From Eledone cirrhosa (Eukaryota), in assembly GCA_964016885.1 (NCBI GenBank), contig OZ024744.1, positions 131,626,001 through 131,690,000 of the forward strand: a stretch of DNA of 64,000 nucleotides, read 5' to 3'. A program made the translations under genes and the position numbers. Positions within the stretch are counted from its first letter, which is position 1. Every line of letters begins with the position of its first letter. The notes below the pieces were generated by a model that ran no database searches, was not told where the DNA came from, and saw nothing but the letters and a program-made list of their open reading frames with translations. Positions 36,659 through 50,118 of this stretch are shown piece after piece.

Positions 36659-37823
36659 TTCGGGGTTAAGTTAAGTTGGGGTTAAGTTAAGTTAGGCTTA
36701 ACTTAAGTTGGGGTTAAGTTTAGTTGGTGTTAAGTTAAGTTGGGGTTAATTTAAGTTGGGGTTGAGTTAAGTTGGGGTTAAGTTAAGTTGGGTTTATATT
36801 AAGTTGGGGTTAAGTTAAGTTGAGGTTCAGTTAAGTTGCGGTTAAGTTAAGTTGGGGTTAAGTTAAGTTGGGGTTAAGTTAAGTTGGGGTTAAGTTAAGT
36901 TGGTGTTAAGTTAAGTTGGGGCTGAGTTAAGTTGGGGCTGAGTTAAGTTGGGGTTAAGTTAAGTTGGGGTTGAGTTAAGTTGGGGTTAAGTTAAGTTGGG
37001 TTTAAGTTAAGTTGGGGTTAAGTTAAGTTGGGGTTAAGTTAAGTTGGGGTTTAGTTAAGTTGGGGTTCAGTTAAGTTGGGGTTAAGTTAAGTTGGGGTTA
37101 AGTTAAGTTGGGGTTAAGTTAAGTTGGGGTTAAGTTAAGGTAGGGTTAAGTTAAGTTGGGGTTGAGTTAAGTTGGGGTTAAGTTAAGTTGGGGTTATGTT
37201 AAGTTGGGGTTAAGTTAAGTTGCGGTTAAGTTAAGTTGGGGTTAAGTTAAGTTGGGGTTAAGTTAAATTGGGGTTGAGTTAAATTGGGGTTAAGTTAAGT
37301 TGGGGTTAAGTTGGGGTTAAGTTAAGTGGTGGTTATGTTAAGTTGGGGTTAAGTTAAGTTGGGGTTAATTTAAATTGGGGTTAAGTTAACTTTGTGGTTA
37401 AGTTAAGTTGGGGTTAAGTTAAGTTGGGGTTGAGTTAAGTTGGGGTTCAGTTAAGTTGCGGTTAAGTTAAGTTGCGGTTAAGTTAAGTTGGGGTTAAGTT
37501 AAGTTGGGGTTAAGTTAAGTTGGGGTCAAGTTAAGCTGGGGTTAAGTTAAGTTGGGGTTAAGTTAAGTTGGTTAGTTAAGTTGAGTTTAAGTTAAGTTGG
37601 GGTTAATTTAAGTTGGGTTTAAGTTAAGTTGGGGTTAAGTTAAGTTGGGGTTAAGCTAAGTTGGGGTTAAGTTAATTTGGGGTTCAGTTAAGTTGGGGTT
37701 AAGTCAAGTTGGGGTTAAGTTGTGGTTAAATTAATTTGGGGTTAAGTTAAGTTGGGGTTAAGTTAAGTTGGGGTTAAGTTAAGTTGGGGTTAAGTTAATT
37801 TGTGGTTAAGTTAAGTTGGGGTT

Positions 37824-38184
37824 AACCCCAACTTCACTCAACCCCACCTTAACTCAACCCCAACTTAACTTAACCCCAACTTCACTCAACCCCAACTTAA
37901 CTCAACCCCAACTGAACTTAACCCCAACTTAACTTAACCCTAACTTAACTTAACCCCGACTTAACTTAACTTCGACTTAACTTAACCCCAACTTAACTTA
38001 ACCCCAACTTAACTTAACCCCAACTTAACTTAACCACAAATTAAGTTAACCCCAACTTAAATTAACCCCAACTTAAATTAACCCCAACTTAACTTAACCC
38101 CAACTTAACTTACCCCCAACTTAACTTAACCCCAACTTGACTTAACCCAAACTTAACTTAACCACAACTTAACTTAACCCCAAA
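37824..38184 (-). repeat. Inverted island 10 (361 bp, short type)
   Basis: As island 8. Confidence 0.96.
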
Positions 38185-41100
38185 TTCGGGGTTAAGTTAA
38201 GTTGGGGTTAAGTTAAGTTAGGCTTAACTTAAGTTGGGGTTAAGTTAAGTTGGGGGTAAGTTAAGTTCTGGGTAAGTTAAGTTGGGGTTAAGTTGGGGTT
38301 AATTTAAGTTAGGGTTAAGTTAAGTTGGGGTTAAGTTAAGTTGGGGTTAAATTAAGTTGGGGTTAAGTTTACTTGGTGTTAAGTTAAGTTGGGGTTTATT
38401 TAAGTTGGGGTCAACTTAAATTGGGGTTAAGTTAAGTTGGGGTTAAGTTAAGTTGGGGTTAAGTTAAGTTGGGGTTAAGTTAAGTTGGTGTTAAGTTAAG
38501 TTGGGGCTAAGTTAAGTTGGGGCTGAGTTAAGTTGGGGCTGAGTTAAGTTGGGGTTAAGTTAAGTTGGGGTTGAGTTAAGTTGGGGTTAAGTTAAGTTGG
38601 GGTTAATTTAAGTTGGGGTTGAGTTAAGTTGGGGTTAAGTTAAGTTGGGTTTATATTAAGTTGGGGTTAAGTTAAGTTGGGGTTAAGTTAAGTTGGGGTT
38701 CAGTTAAGTTGCGGTTAAGTTAAGTTGGGGTTAAGTTAAGTTGGGATTAAATTAAGTTGGGGTTAAGTTAAGTTGGGGTTAAGTTAAGTTGGGGTTAAGT
38801 TAAGTTGGTGTTAAGTTAAGTTGGGGCTGAGTTAAGTTGGGGCTGAGTTAAGTTGGGGTTAAGTTAAGTTGGGGTTGAGTTAAGTTGGGGTTCAGTTAAG
38901 TTGGGGTTAAGTTAAGCTGGGGTTAAGTTAAGTTGGGGTTAAGTTAAGTTGGGGTTTAATTAAGTTGGGGTTCAGTTAAGTTGGGGTTAAGTAAAGTTTG
39001 GGTTAAGTTGGGGTTAAATTAATTTGGGGTTAAGTTAAGTTGGGGTTTAGTTTAGTTGGGGTTAAGTTAAGTTGGGGTTAATTTAAGTTGGGCTTAAGTT
39101 AAGTTGCGGGTAATTTAAGTTGGGGTTAAGTTAAGTTGGGGTTAAGTTAAGTTGGGGTTAAGTTAAGTTGGGGTTAAGTTAAGTTGGGGTTAAGTTAAGT
39201 TGGGTTAAGTTAAGTTGGGGGTAAGTTAAGTTGGGGGTAAGTTAAGTTGGGGTTAAGTTAAGTTAGGGTTAAGTTAAGTTGGGGTTGAGTTAAGTTGGGG
39301 TTAAGTTAAGTTGGAGTTATGTTAAGTTGGGGTTAAGTTAAGTTGCGGTTAAGTTAAGTTGTGGTTAAGTTAAGTTGGGGTTAAGTTATATTGGGGTTAA
39401 GTTAAGTTGGGGTTGAGTTAAGTTGGGGTTAAGTTAAGTTGGGGTTATGTTAAGTTGGGGTTAAGTTAAGTTGCGGTTAAGTTAAGTTGGGGTTAAGTTG
39501 GCGTTAAGTTAAGTGGTGGTTATGTTAAGTTGGGGTTAAGTTAAGTTGGGGGTAAGTTAAGTTGGGGGTAAGTTAAGTTGGGGTTAAGTTAAGTTAGGGT
39601 TAAGTTAAGTTGGGGTTGAGTTAAGTTGGGGTTAAGTTAAGTTGGGGTTATGTTAAGTTGGGGTTAAGTTAAGTTGCGGTTAAGTTAAGTTGGGGTTAAG
39701 TTAAGTTGGGGTTAAGTTAAATTGGGGTTAAGTTAAGTTGGGGTTGAGTTAAGTTGGGGTTAAGTTAAGTTGGGGTTATGTTAAGTTGGGGTTAAGTTGG
39801 CGTTAACTTAAGTGGTGGTTATGTTAAGTTGGGGTTAAGTTAAGTTGGGGTTAATTTAAATTGGGGTTAAGTTAACTTTGTGGTTAAGTTAAGTTGGGGC
39901 TAAATTAAGTTGGGGCTAAGTTAAGTTGGGGCTAAGTTAAGTTGGGGTTCAGTTAAGTTGGGGTTAAGTTAAGTTTGGGTTAAGTTGGGGTTAAATTAAG
40001 TTGGGGTTAAGTTAAGTTGGGGTTTAGTTAAGTTGGGGTTAAGTTAAGTTGGGGTTAATTTAAGTTGGGGTTAAGTTAAGTTGGGGTTAAGTTAAGTGGT
40101 GGTTATGTTAAGTTGGGGTTAAGTTAAGTTGGGGTTAATTTAAATTGGGGTTAAGTTAACTTTGTGGTTAAGTTAAGTTGGGGTTCAGTTAAGTTGGGGT
40201 TAAGTTAAGTTGGGGTTCAGTTAAGTTGCGGTCAAGTTAAGCTGGGGTTAAGTTAAGTTGGGGTTAAGTTAAGTTGGTTAGTTAAGTTGAGTTTAAGTTA
40301 AGTTGGGGTTAAGTTAAGTTGGGGTTCAGTTAAGTTGCGGTTAAGTTAAGTTGGGGTTAAGTTAAGTTGGGATTAAGTTAAGTTGGGGTTAAGTTAAGTT
40401 GGGGTTAAGTTAAGTTGGTGTTAAGTTAAGTTGGGGCTGAGTTAAGTTGGGGCTGAGTTAAGTTGGGGTTAAGTTAAGTTGGGGTTGAGTTAAGTTGGGG
40501 TTCAGTTAAGTTGGGGTTAAGTTAAGTTGGGGTTAAGTTAAGTTGGGGTTAAGTTAAGTTGGGGTTTAATTAAGTTGGGGTTCAGTTAAGTTGGGGTTAA
40601 GTAAAGTTTGGGTTAAGTTGGGGTTAAATTAATTTGGGGTTAAGTTAAGTTGGGGTTTAGTTTAGTTGGGGTTAAGTTAAGTTGGGGTTAATTTAAGTTG
40701 GGCTTAAGTTAAGTTGCGGGTAATTTAAGTTGGGGTTAAGTTAAGTTGGGGTTAAGTTAAGTTGGGGTTAAGTTAAGTTGGGGTTAAGTTAAGTTGGGGT
40801 TAAGTTAAGTTGGGTTAAGTTAAGTTGGGGGTAAGTTAAGTTGGGGGTAAGTTAAGTTGGGGTTAAGTTAAGTTAGGGTTAAGTTAAGTTGGGGTTGAGT
40901 TAAGTTGGGGTTAAGTTAAGTTGGAGTTATGTTAAGTTGGGGTTAAGTTAAGTTGCGGTTAAGTTAAGTTGTGGTTAAGTTAAGTTGGGGTTAAGTTATA
41001 TTGGGGTTAAGTTAAGTTGGGGTTGAGTTAAGTTGGGGTTAAGTTAAGTTGGGGTTATGTTAAGTTGGGGTTAAGTTAAGTTGCGGTTAAGTTAAGTTGG

Positions 41101-42096
41101 GGTTAAGTTGGCGTTAAGTTAAGTGGTGGTTATGTTAAGTTGGGGTTAAGTTAAGTTGGGGGTAAGTTAAGTTGGGGGTAAGTTAAGTTGGGGTTAAGTT
41201 AAGTTAGGGTTAAGTTAAGTTGGGGTTGAGTTAAGTTGGGGTTAAGTTAAGTTGGGGTTATGTTAAGTTGGGGTTAAGTTAAGTTGCGGTTAAGTTAAGC
41301 TGGGGTTAAGTTAAGTTGGGGTTAAGTTAAATTGGGGTTAAGTTAAGTTGGGGTTGAGTTAAGTTGGGGTTAAGTTAAGTTGGGGTTATGTTAAGTTGGG
41401 GTTAAGTTAAGTTGGGGTTAATTTAAATTGGGGTTAAGTTAACTTTGTGGTTAAGTTAAGTTGGGGCTAAATTAAGTTGGGGCTAAGTTAAGTTGGGGCT
41501 AAGTTAAGTTGGGGTTCAGTTAAGTTGGGGTTAAGTTAAGTTTGGGTTAAGTTGGGGTTAAATTAAGTTGGGGTTAAGTTAAGTTGGGGTTTAGTTAAGT
41601 TGGGGTTAAGTTAAGTTGGGGTTAATTTAAGTTGGGGTTAAGTTAAGTTGGGGTTAAGTTAAGTGGTGGTTATGTTAAGTTGGGGTTAAGTTAAGTTGGG
41701 GTTAATTTAAATTGGGGTTAAGTTAACTTTGTGGTTAAGTTAAGTTGGGGTTCAGTTAAGTTGGGGTTAAGTTAAGTTGGGGTTCAGTTAAGTTGCGGTC
41801 AAGTTAAGCTGGGGTTAAGTTAAGTTGGGGTTAAGTTAAGTTGGTTAGTTAAGTTGCGTTTAAGTTAAGTTGGGGTTAATTTAAGTTGGGTTTAAGTTAA
41901 GTTGGCGTTAAGTTAAGTTGGGGTTAAGTTAAGTTGGGGTTAAGTTAATTTGGGGTTCAGTTAAGTTGGGGTTAAGTCAAGTTGGGGTTAAGTTGGGGTT
42001 AAATTAATTTAGGGTTAAGTTAAGTTGGGGTTAAGTTAAGTTGGGGTTAAGTTAAGTTGGGGTTAAGTTAATTTGTGGTTAAGTTAAGTTGGGGTT

Positions 42097-42521
42097 AACC
42101 CCAACTTCACTCAACCCCACCTTAACTCAACCCCAACTGAACTTAACCCCAACTTCACTCAACCCCAACTTAACTTAACCCCAACTTCACTCAACCCCAA
42201 CTTAACTCAACCCCAACTTAACTTAACCCCAACTTAACTTAACCCTAACTTAACTTAACCCCGACTTAACTTAACTTCGACTTAACTTAACCCCAACTTA
42301 ACTTAACCCCAACTTAACTTAACCCCAACTTAACTTAACCACAAATTAACTTAACCCAAACTTAAATTAACCCCAACTTAAATTAACCCCAACTTAACTT
42401 AACCCCAACTTAACTTAACCCCAACTTAACTCACACCCAACTTAACTTACCCCCAACTTAACTTAACCCCAACTTGACTTAACCCCAACTTAACTTAACC
42501 CCAACTTAACTTAACCCCAAA
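42097..42521 (-). repeat. Inverted island 11 (425 bp, long type)
   Basis: As island 7. Confidence 0.96.
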
Positions 42522-43686
42522 TTCGGGGTTAAGTTAAGTTGGGGTTAAGTTAAGTTAGGCTTAACTTAAGTTGGGGTTAAGTTTAGTTGGTGTTAAGTTA
42601 AGTTGGGGTTAATTTAAGTTGGGGTTGAGTTAAGTTGGGGTTAAGTTAAGTTGGGTTTATATTAAGTTGGGGTTAAGTTAAGTTGAGGTTCAGTTAAGTT
42701 GCGGTTAAGTTAAGTTGGGGTTAAGTTAAGTTGGGGTTAAGTTAAGTTGGGGTTAAGTTAAGTTGGTGTTAAGTTAAGTTGGGGCTGAGTTAAGTTGGGG
42801 CTGAGTTAAGTTGGGGTTAAGTTAAGTTGGGGTTGAGTTAAGTTGGGGTTAAGTTAAGTTGGGTTTAAGTTAAGTTGGGGTTAAGTTAAGTTGGGGTTAA
42901 GTTAAGTTGGGGTTTAGTTAAGTTGGGGTTCAGTTAAGTTGGGGTTAAGTTAAGTTGGGGTTAAGTTAAGTTGGGGTTAAGTTAAGTTGGGGTTAAGTTA
43001 AGGTAGGGTTAAGTTAAGTTGGGGTTGAGTTAAGTTGGGGTTAAGTTAAGTTGGGGTTATGTTAAGTTGGGGTTAAGTTAAGTTGCGGTTAAGTTAAGTT
43101 GGGGTTAAGTTAAGTTGGGGTTAAGTTAAATTGGGGTTGAGTTAAATTGGGGTTAAGTTAAGTTGGGGTTAAGTTGGGGTTAAGTTAAGTGGTGGTTATG
43201 TTAAGTTGGGGTTAAGTTAAGTTGGGGTTAATTTAAATTGGGGTTAAGTTAACTTTGTGGTTAAGTTAAGTTGGGGTTAAGTTAAGTTGGGGTTGAGTTA
43301 AGTTGGGGTTCAGTTAAGTTGCGGTTAAGTTAAGTTGCGGTTAAGTTAAGTTGGGGTTAAGTTAAGTTGGGGTTAAGTTAAGTTGGGGTCAAGTTAAGCT
43401 GGGGTTAAGTTAAGTTGGGGTTAAGTTAAGTTGGTTAGTTAAGTTGAGTTTAAGTTAAGTTGGGGTTAATTTAAGTTGGGTTTAAGTTAAGTTGGGGTTA
43501 AGTTAAGTTGGGGTTAAGCTAAGTTGGGGTTAAGTTAATTTGGGGTTCAGTTAAGTTGGGGTTAAGTCAAGTTGGGGTTAAGTTGTGGTTAAATTAATTT
43601 GGGGTTAAGTTAAGTTGGGGTTAAGTTAAGTTGGGGTTAAGTTAAGTTGGGGTTAAGTTAATTTGTGGTTAAGTTAAGTTGGGGTT

Positions 43687-44079
43687 AACCCCAACTTCAC
43701 TCAACCCCACCTTAACTCAACCCCAACTTAACTTAACCCCAACTTCACTCAACCCCAACTTAACTCAACCCCAACTGAACTTAACCCCAACTTAACTTAA
43801 CCCTAACTTAACTTAACCCCGACTTAACTTAACTTCGACTTAACTTAACCCCAACTTAACTTAACCCCAACTTAACTTAACCCCAACTTAACTTAACCAC
43901 AAATTAAGTTAACCCCAACTTAAATTAACCCCAACTTAAATTAACCCCAACTTAACTTAACCCCAACTTAACTTAACCCCAACTTAACTCACACCCAACT
44001 TAACTTACCCCCAACTTAACTTAACCCCAACTTGACTTAACCCAAACTTAACTTAACCCCAACTTAACTTAACCCCAAA
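43687..44079 (-). repeat. Inverted island 12 (393 bp, short type)
   Basis: Short type retaining the ctcacaccc unit (32 bp longer than islands 8 and 10). Confidence 0.96.
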
Positions 44080-47000
44080 TTCGGGGTTAAGTTAAGTTGG
44101 GGTTAAGTTAAGTTAGGCTTAACTTAAGTTGGGGTTAAGTTAAGTTGGGGGTAAGTTAAGTTCTGGGTAAGTTAAGTTGGGGTTAAGTTGGGGTTAATTT
44201 AAGTTAGGGTTAAGTTAAGTTGGGGTTAAGTTAAGTTGGGGTTAAATTAAGTTGGGGTTAAGTTTACTTGGTGTTAAGTTAAGTTGGGGTTTATTTAAGT
44301 TGGGGTCAACTTAAATTGGGGTTAAGTTAAGTTGGGGTTAAGTTAAGTTGGGGTTAAGTTAAGTTGGGGTTAAGTTAAGTTGGTGTTAAGTTAAGTTGGG
44401 GCTTAGTTAAGTTGGGGCTGAGTTAAGTTGGGGCTGAGTTAAGTTGGGGTTAAGTTAAGTTGGGGTTGAGTTAAGTTGGGGTTAAGTTAAGTTGGGGTTA
44501 ATTTAAGTTGGGGTTGAGTTAAGTTGGGGTTAAGTTAAGTTGGGTTTATATTAAGTTGGGGTTAAGTTAAGTTGGGGTTAAGTTAAGTTGGGGTTCAGTT
44601 AAGTTGCGGTTAAGTTAAGTTGGGGTTAAGTTAAGTTGGGATTAAATTAAGTTGGGGTTAAGTTAAGTTGGGGTTAAGTTAAGTTGGGGTTAAGTTAAGT
44701 TGGTGTTAAGTTAAGTTGGGGCTGAGTTAAGTTGGGGCTGAGTTAAGTTGGGGTTAAGTTAAGTTGGGGTTGAGTTAAGTTGGGGTTCAGTTAAGTTGGG
44801 GTTAAGTTAAGCTGGGGTTAAGTTAAGTTGGGGTTAAGTTAAGTTGGGGTTTAATTAAGTTGGGGTTCAGTTAAGTTGGGGTTAAGTAAAGTTTGGGTTA
44901 AGTTGGGGTTAAATTAATTTGGGGTTAAGTTAAGTTGGGGTTTAGTTTAGTTGGGGTTAAGTTAAGTTGGGGTTAATTTAAGTTGGGCTTAAGTTAAGTT
45001 GCGGGTAATTTAAGTTGGGGTTAAGTTAAGTTGGGGTTAAGTTAAGTTGGGGTTAAGTTAAGTTGGGGTTAAGTTAAGTTGGGGTTAAGTTAAGTTGGGT
45101 TAAGTTAAGTTGGGGGTAAGTTAAGTTGGGGGTAAGTTAAGTTGGGGTTAAGTTAAGTTAGGGTTAAGTTAAGTTGGGGTTGAGTTAAGTTGGGGTTAAG
45201 TTAAGTTGGAGTTATGTTAAGTTGGGGTTAAGTTAAGTTGCGGTTAAGTTAAGTTGTGGTTAAGTTAAGTTGGGGTTAAGTTATATTGGGGTTAAGTTAA
45301 GTTGGGGTTGAGTTAAGTTGGGGTTAAGTTAAGTTGGGGTTATGTTAAGTTGGGGTTAAGTTAAGTTGCGGTTAAGTTAAGTTGGGGTTAAGTTGGCGTT
45401 AAGTTAAGTGGTGGTTATGTTAAGTTGGGGTTAAGTTAAGTTGGGGGTAAGTTAAGTTGGGGGTAAGTTAAGTTGGGGTTAAGTTAAGTTAGGGTTAAGT
45501 TAAGTTGGGGTTGAGTTAAGTTGGGGTTAAGTTAAGTTGGGGTTATGTTAAGTTGGGGTTAAGTTAAGTTGCGGTTAAGTTAAGTTGGGGTTAAGTTAAG
45601 TTGGGGTTAAGTTAAATTGGGGTTAAGTTAAGTTGGGGTTGAGTTAAGTTGGGGTTAAGTTAAGTTGGGGTTATGTTAAGTTGGGGTTAAGTTGGCGTTA
45701 ACTTAAGTGGTGGTTATGTTAAGTTGGGGTTAAGTTAAGTTGGGGTTAATTTAAATTGGGGTTAAGTTAACTTTGTGGTTAAGTTAAGTTGGGGCTAAAT
45801 TAAGTTGGGGCTAAGTTAAGTTGGGGCTAAGTTAAGTTGGGGTTCAGTTAAGTTGGGGTTAAGTTAAGTTTGGGTTAAGTTGGGGTTAAATTAAGTTGGG
45901 GTTAAGTTAAGTTGGGGTTTAGTTAAGTTGGGGTTAAGTTAAGTTGGGGTTAATTTAAGTTGGGGTTAAGTTAAGTTGGGGTTAAGTTAAGTGGTGGTTA
46001 TGTTAAGTTGGGGTTAAGTTAAGTTGGGGTTAATTTAAATTGGGGTTAAGTTAACTTTGTGGTTAAGTTAAGTTGGGGTTCAGTTAAGTTGGGGTTAAGT
46101 TAAGTTGGGGTTCAGTTAAGTTGCGGTCAAGTTAAGCTGGGGTTAAGTTAAGTTGGGGTTAAGTTAAGTTGGTTAGTTAAGTTGAGTTTAAGTTAAGTTG
46201 GGGTTAAGTTAAGTTGGGGTTCAGTTAAGTTGCGGTTAAGTTAAGTTGGGGTTAAGTTAAGTTGGGATTAAGTTAAGTTGGGGTTAAGTTAAGTTGGGGT
46301 TAAGTTAAGTTGGTGTTAAGTTAAGTTGGGGCTGAGTTAAGTTGGGGCTGAGTTAAGTTGGGGTTAAGTTAAGTTGGGGTTGAGTTAAGTTGGGGTTCAG
46401 TTAAGTTGGGGTTAAGTTAAGTTGGGGTTAAGTTAAGTTGGGGTTAAGTTAAGTTGGGGTTTAATTAAGTTGGGGTTCAGTTAAGTTGGGGTTAAGTAAA
46501 GTTTGGGTTAAGTTGGGGTTAAATTAATTTGGGGTTAAGTTAAGTTGGGGTTTAGTTTAGTTGGGGTTAAGTTAAGTTGGGGTTAATTTAAGTTGGGCTT
46601 AAGTTAAGTTGCGGGTAATTTAAGTTGGGGTTAAGTTAAGTTGGGGTTAAGTTAAGTTGGGGTTAAGTTAAGTTGGGGTTAAGTTAAGTTGGGGTTAAGT
46701 TAAGTTGGGTTAAGTTAAGTTGGGGGTAAGTTAAGTTGGGGGTAAGTTAAGTTGGGGTTAAGTTAAGTTAGGGTTAAGTTAAGTTGGGGTTGAGTTAAGT
46801 TGGGGTTAAGTTAAGTTGGAGTTATGTTAAGTTGGGGTTAAGTTAAGTTGCGGTTAAGTTAAGTTGTGGTTAAGTTAAGTTGGGGTTAAGTTATATTGGG
46901 GTTAAGTTAAGTTGGGGTTGAGTTAAGTTGGGGTTAAGTTAAGTTGGGGTTATGTTAAGTTGGGGTTAAGTTAAGTTGCGGTTAAGTTAAGTTGGGGTTA

Positions 47001-47991
47001 AGTTGGCGTTAAGTTAAGTGGTGGTTATGTTAAGTTGGGGTTAAGTTAAGTTGGGGGTAAGTTAAGTTGGGGGTAAGTTAAGTTGGGGTTAAGTTAAGTT
47101 AGGGTTAAGTTAAGTTGGGGTTGAGTTAAGTTGGGGTTAAGTTAAGTTGGGGTTATGTTAAGTTGGGGTTAAGTTAAGTTGCGGTTAAGTTAAGCTGGGG
47201 TTAAGTTAAGTTGGGGTTAAGTTAAATTGGGGTTAAGTTAAGTTGGGGTTGAGTTAAGTTGGGGTTAAGTTAAGTTGGGGTTATGTTAAGTTGGGGTTAA
47301 GTTAAGTTGGGGTTAATTTAAATTGGGGTTAAGTTAACTTTGTGGTTAAGTTAAGTTGGGGCTAAATTAAGTTGGGGCTAAGTTAAGTTGGGGCTAAGTT
47401 AAGTTGGGGTTCAGTTAAGTTGGGGTTAAGTTAAGTTTGGGTTAAGTTGGGGTTAAATTAAGTTGGGGTTAAGTTAAGTTGGGGTTTAGTTAAGTTGGGG
47501 TTAAGTTAAGTTGGGGTTAATTTAAGTTGGGGTTAAGTTAAGTTGGGGTTAAGTTAAGTGGTGGTTATGTTAAGTTGGGGTTAAGTTAAGTTGGGGTTAA
47601 TTTAAATTGGGGTTAAGTTAACTTTGTGGTTAAGTTAAGTTGGGGTTCAGTTAAGTTGGGGTTAAGTTAAGTTGGGGTTCAGTTAAGTTGCGGTCAAGTT
47701 AAGCTGGGGTTAAGTTAAGTTGGGGTTAAGTTAAGTTGGTTAGTTAAGTTGCGTTTAAGTTAAGTTGGGGTTAATTTAAGTTGGGTTTAAGTTAAGTTGG
47801 CGTTAAGTTAAGTTGGGGTTAAGTTAAGTTGGGGTTAAGTTAATTTGGGGTTCAGTTAAGTTGGGGTTAAGTCAAGTTGGGGTTAAGTTGGGGTTAAATT
47901 AATTTAGGGTTAAGTTAAGTTGGGGTTAAGTTAAGTTGGGGTTAAGTTAAGTTGGGGTTAAGTTAATTTGTGGTTAAGTTAAGTTGGGGTT

Positions 47992-48416
47992 AACCCCAAC
48001 TTCACTCAACCCCACCTTAACTCAACCCCAACTGAACTTAACCCCAACTTCACTCAACCCCAACTTAACTTAACCCCAACTTCACTCAACCCCAACTTAA
48101 CTCAACCCCAACTTAACTTAACCCCAACTTAACTTAACCCTAACTTAACTTAACCCCGACTTAACTTAACTTCGACTTAACTTAACCCCAACTTAACTTA
48201 ACCCCAACTTAACTTAACCCCAACTTAACTTAACCACAAATTAACTTAACCCAAACTTAAATTAACCCCAACTTAAATTAACCCCAACTTAACTTAACCC
48301 CAACTTAACTTAACCCCAACTTAACTCACACCCAACTTAACTTACCCCCAACTTAACTTAACCCCAACTTGACTTAACCCCAACTTAACTTAACCCCAAC
48401 TTAACTTAACCCCAAA
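47992..48416 (-). repeat. Inverted island 13 (425 bp, long type)
   Basis: As island 7. Confidence 0.96.
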
Positions 48417-49725
48417 TTCGGGGTTAAGTTAAGTTGGGGTTAAGTTAAGTTAGGCTTAACTTAAGTTGGGGTTAAGTTAAGTTAGGGTTAAGTTAAGTTG
48501 GGTTTAAGTTAAGTTGGGGTTAAATTAAGTTGGGGTTAAGTTAAGTTGGGGGTAAATTAAGTTGGGGGCAAGTTAAGTTGGGGTTCAGTTAAGTTGGGGT
48601 TAAATTAAGTTGGGGTTAAGTTTAGTTGGTGTTAAGTTAAGTTGGGGTTAATTTAAGTTGGGGTTGAGTTAAGTTGGGGTTAAGTTAAGTTGGGTTTATA
48701 TTAAGTTGGGGTTAAGTTAAGTTGAGGTTCAGTTAAGTTGCGGTTAAGTTAAGTTGGGGTTAAGTTAAGTTGGGGTTAAGTTAAGTTGGGGTTAAGTTAA
48801 GTTGGTGTTAAGTTAAGTTGGGGCTGAGTTAAGTTGGGGCTGAGTTAAGTTGGGGTTAAGTTAAGTTGGGGTTGAGTTAAGTTGGGGTTAAGTTAAGTTG
48901 GGTTTAAGTTAAGTTGGGGTTAAGTTAAGTTGGGGTTAAGTTAAGTTGGGGTTTAGTTAAGTTGGGGTTCAGTTAAGTTGGGGTTAAGTTAAGTTGGGGT
49001 TAAGTTAAGTTGGGGTTAAGTTAAGTTGGGGTTAAGTTAAGGTAGGGTTAAGTTAAGTTGGGGTTGAGTTAAGTTGGGGTTAAGTTAAGTTGGGGTTATG
49101 TTAAGTTGGGGTTAAGTTAAGTTGCGGTTAAGTTAAGTTGGGGTTAAGTTAAGTTGGGGTTAAGTTAAATTGGGGTTGAGTTAAATTGGGGTTAAGTTAA
49201 GTTGGGGTTAAGTTGGGGTTAAGTTAAGTGGTGGTTATGTTAAGTTGGGGTTAAGTTAAGTTGGGGTTAATTTAAATTGGGGTTAAGTTAACTTTGTGGT
49301 TAAGTTAAGTTGGGGTTAAGTTAAGTTGGGGTTGAGTTAAGTTGGGGTTCAGTTAAGTTGCGGTTAAGTTAAGTTGCGGTTAAGTTAAGTTGGGGTTAAG
49401 TTAAGTTGGGGTTAAGTTAAGTTGGGGTCAAGTTAAGCTGGGGTTAAGTTAAGTTGGGGTTAAGTTAAGTTGGTTAGTTAAGTTGAGTTTAAGTTAAGTT
49501 GGGGTTAATTTAAGTTGGGTTTAAGTTAAGTTGGGGTTAAGTTAAGTTGGGGTTAAGCTAAGTTGGGGTTAAGTTAATTTGGGGTTCAGTTAAGTTGGGG
49601 TTAAGTCAAGTTGGGGTTAAGTTGTGGTTAAATTAATTTGGGGTTAAGTTAAGTTGGGGTTAAGTTAAGTTGGGGTTAAGTTAAGTTGGGGTTAAGTTAA
49701 TTTGTGGTTAAGTTAAGTTGGGGTT

Positions 49726-50118
49726 AACCCCAACTTCACTCAACCCCACCTTAACTCAACCCCAACTTAACTTAACCCCAACTTCACTCAACCCCAACTT
49801 AACTCAACCCCAACTGAACTTAACCCCAACTTAACTTAACCCTAACTTAACTTAACCCCGACTTAACTTAACTTCGACTTAACTTAACCCCAACTTAACT
49901 TAACCCCAACTTAACTTAACCCCAACTTAACTTAACCACAAATTAAGTTAACCCCAACTTAAATTAACCCCAACTTAAATTAACCCCAACTTAACTTAAC
50001 CCCAACTTAACTTAACCCCAACTTAACTCACACCCAACTTAACTTACCCCCAACTTAACTTAACCCCAACTTGACTTAACCCAAACTTAACTTAACCCCA
50101 ACTTAACTTAACCCCAAA
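49726..50118 (-). repeat. Inverted island 14 (393 bp, short type)
   Basis: As island 12. Confidence 0.96.
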
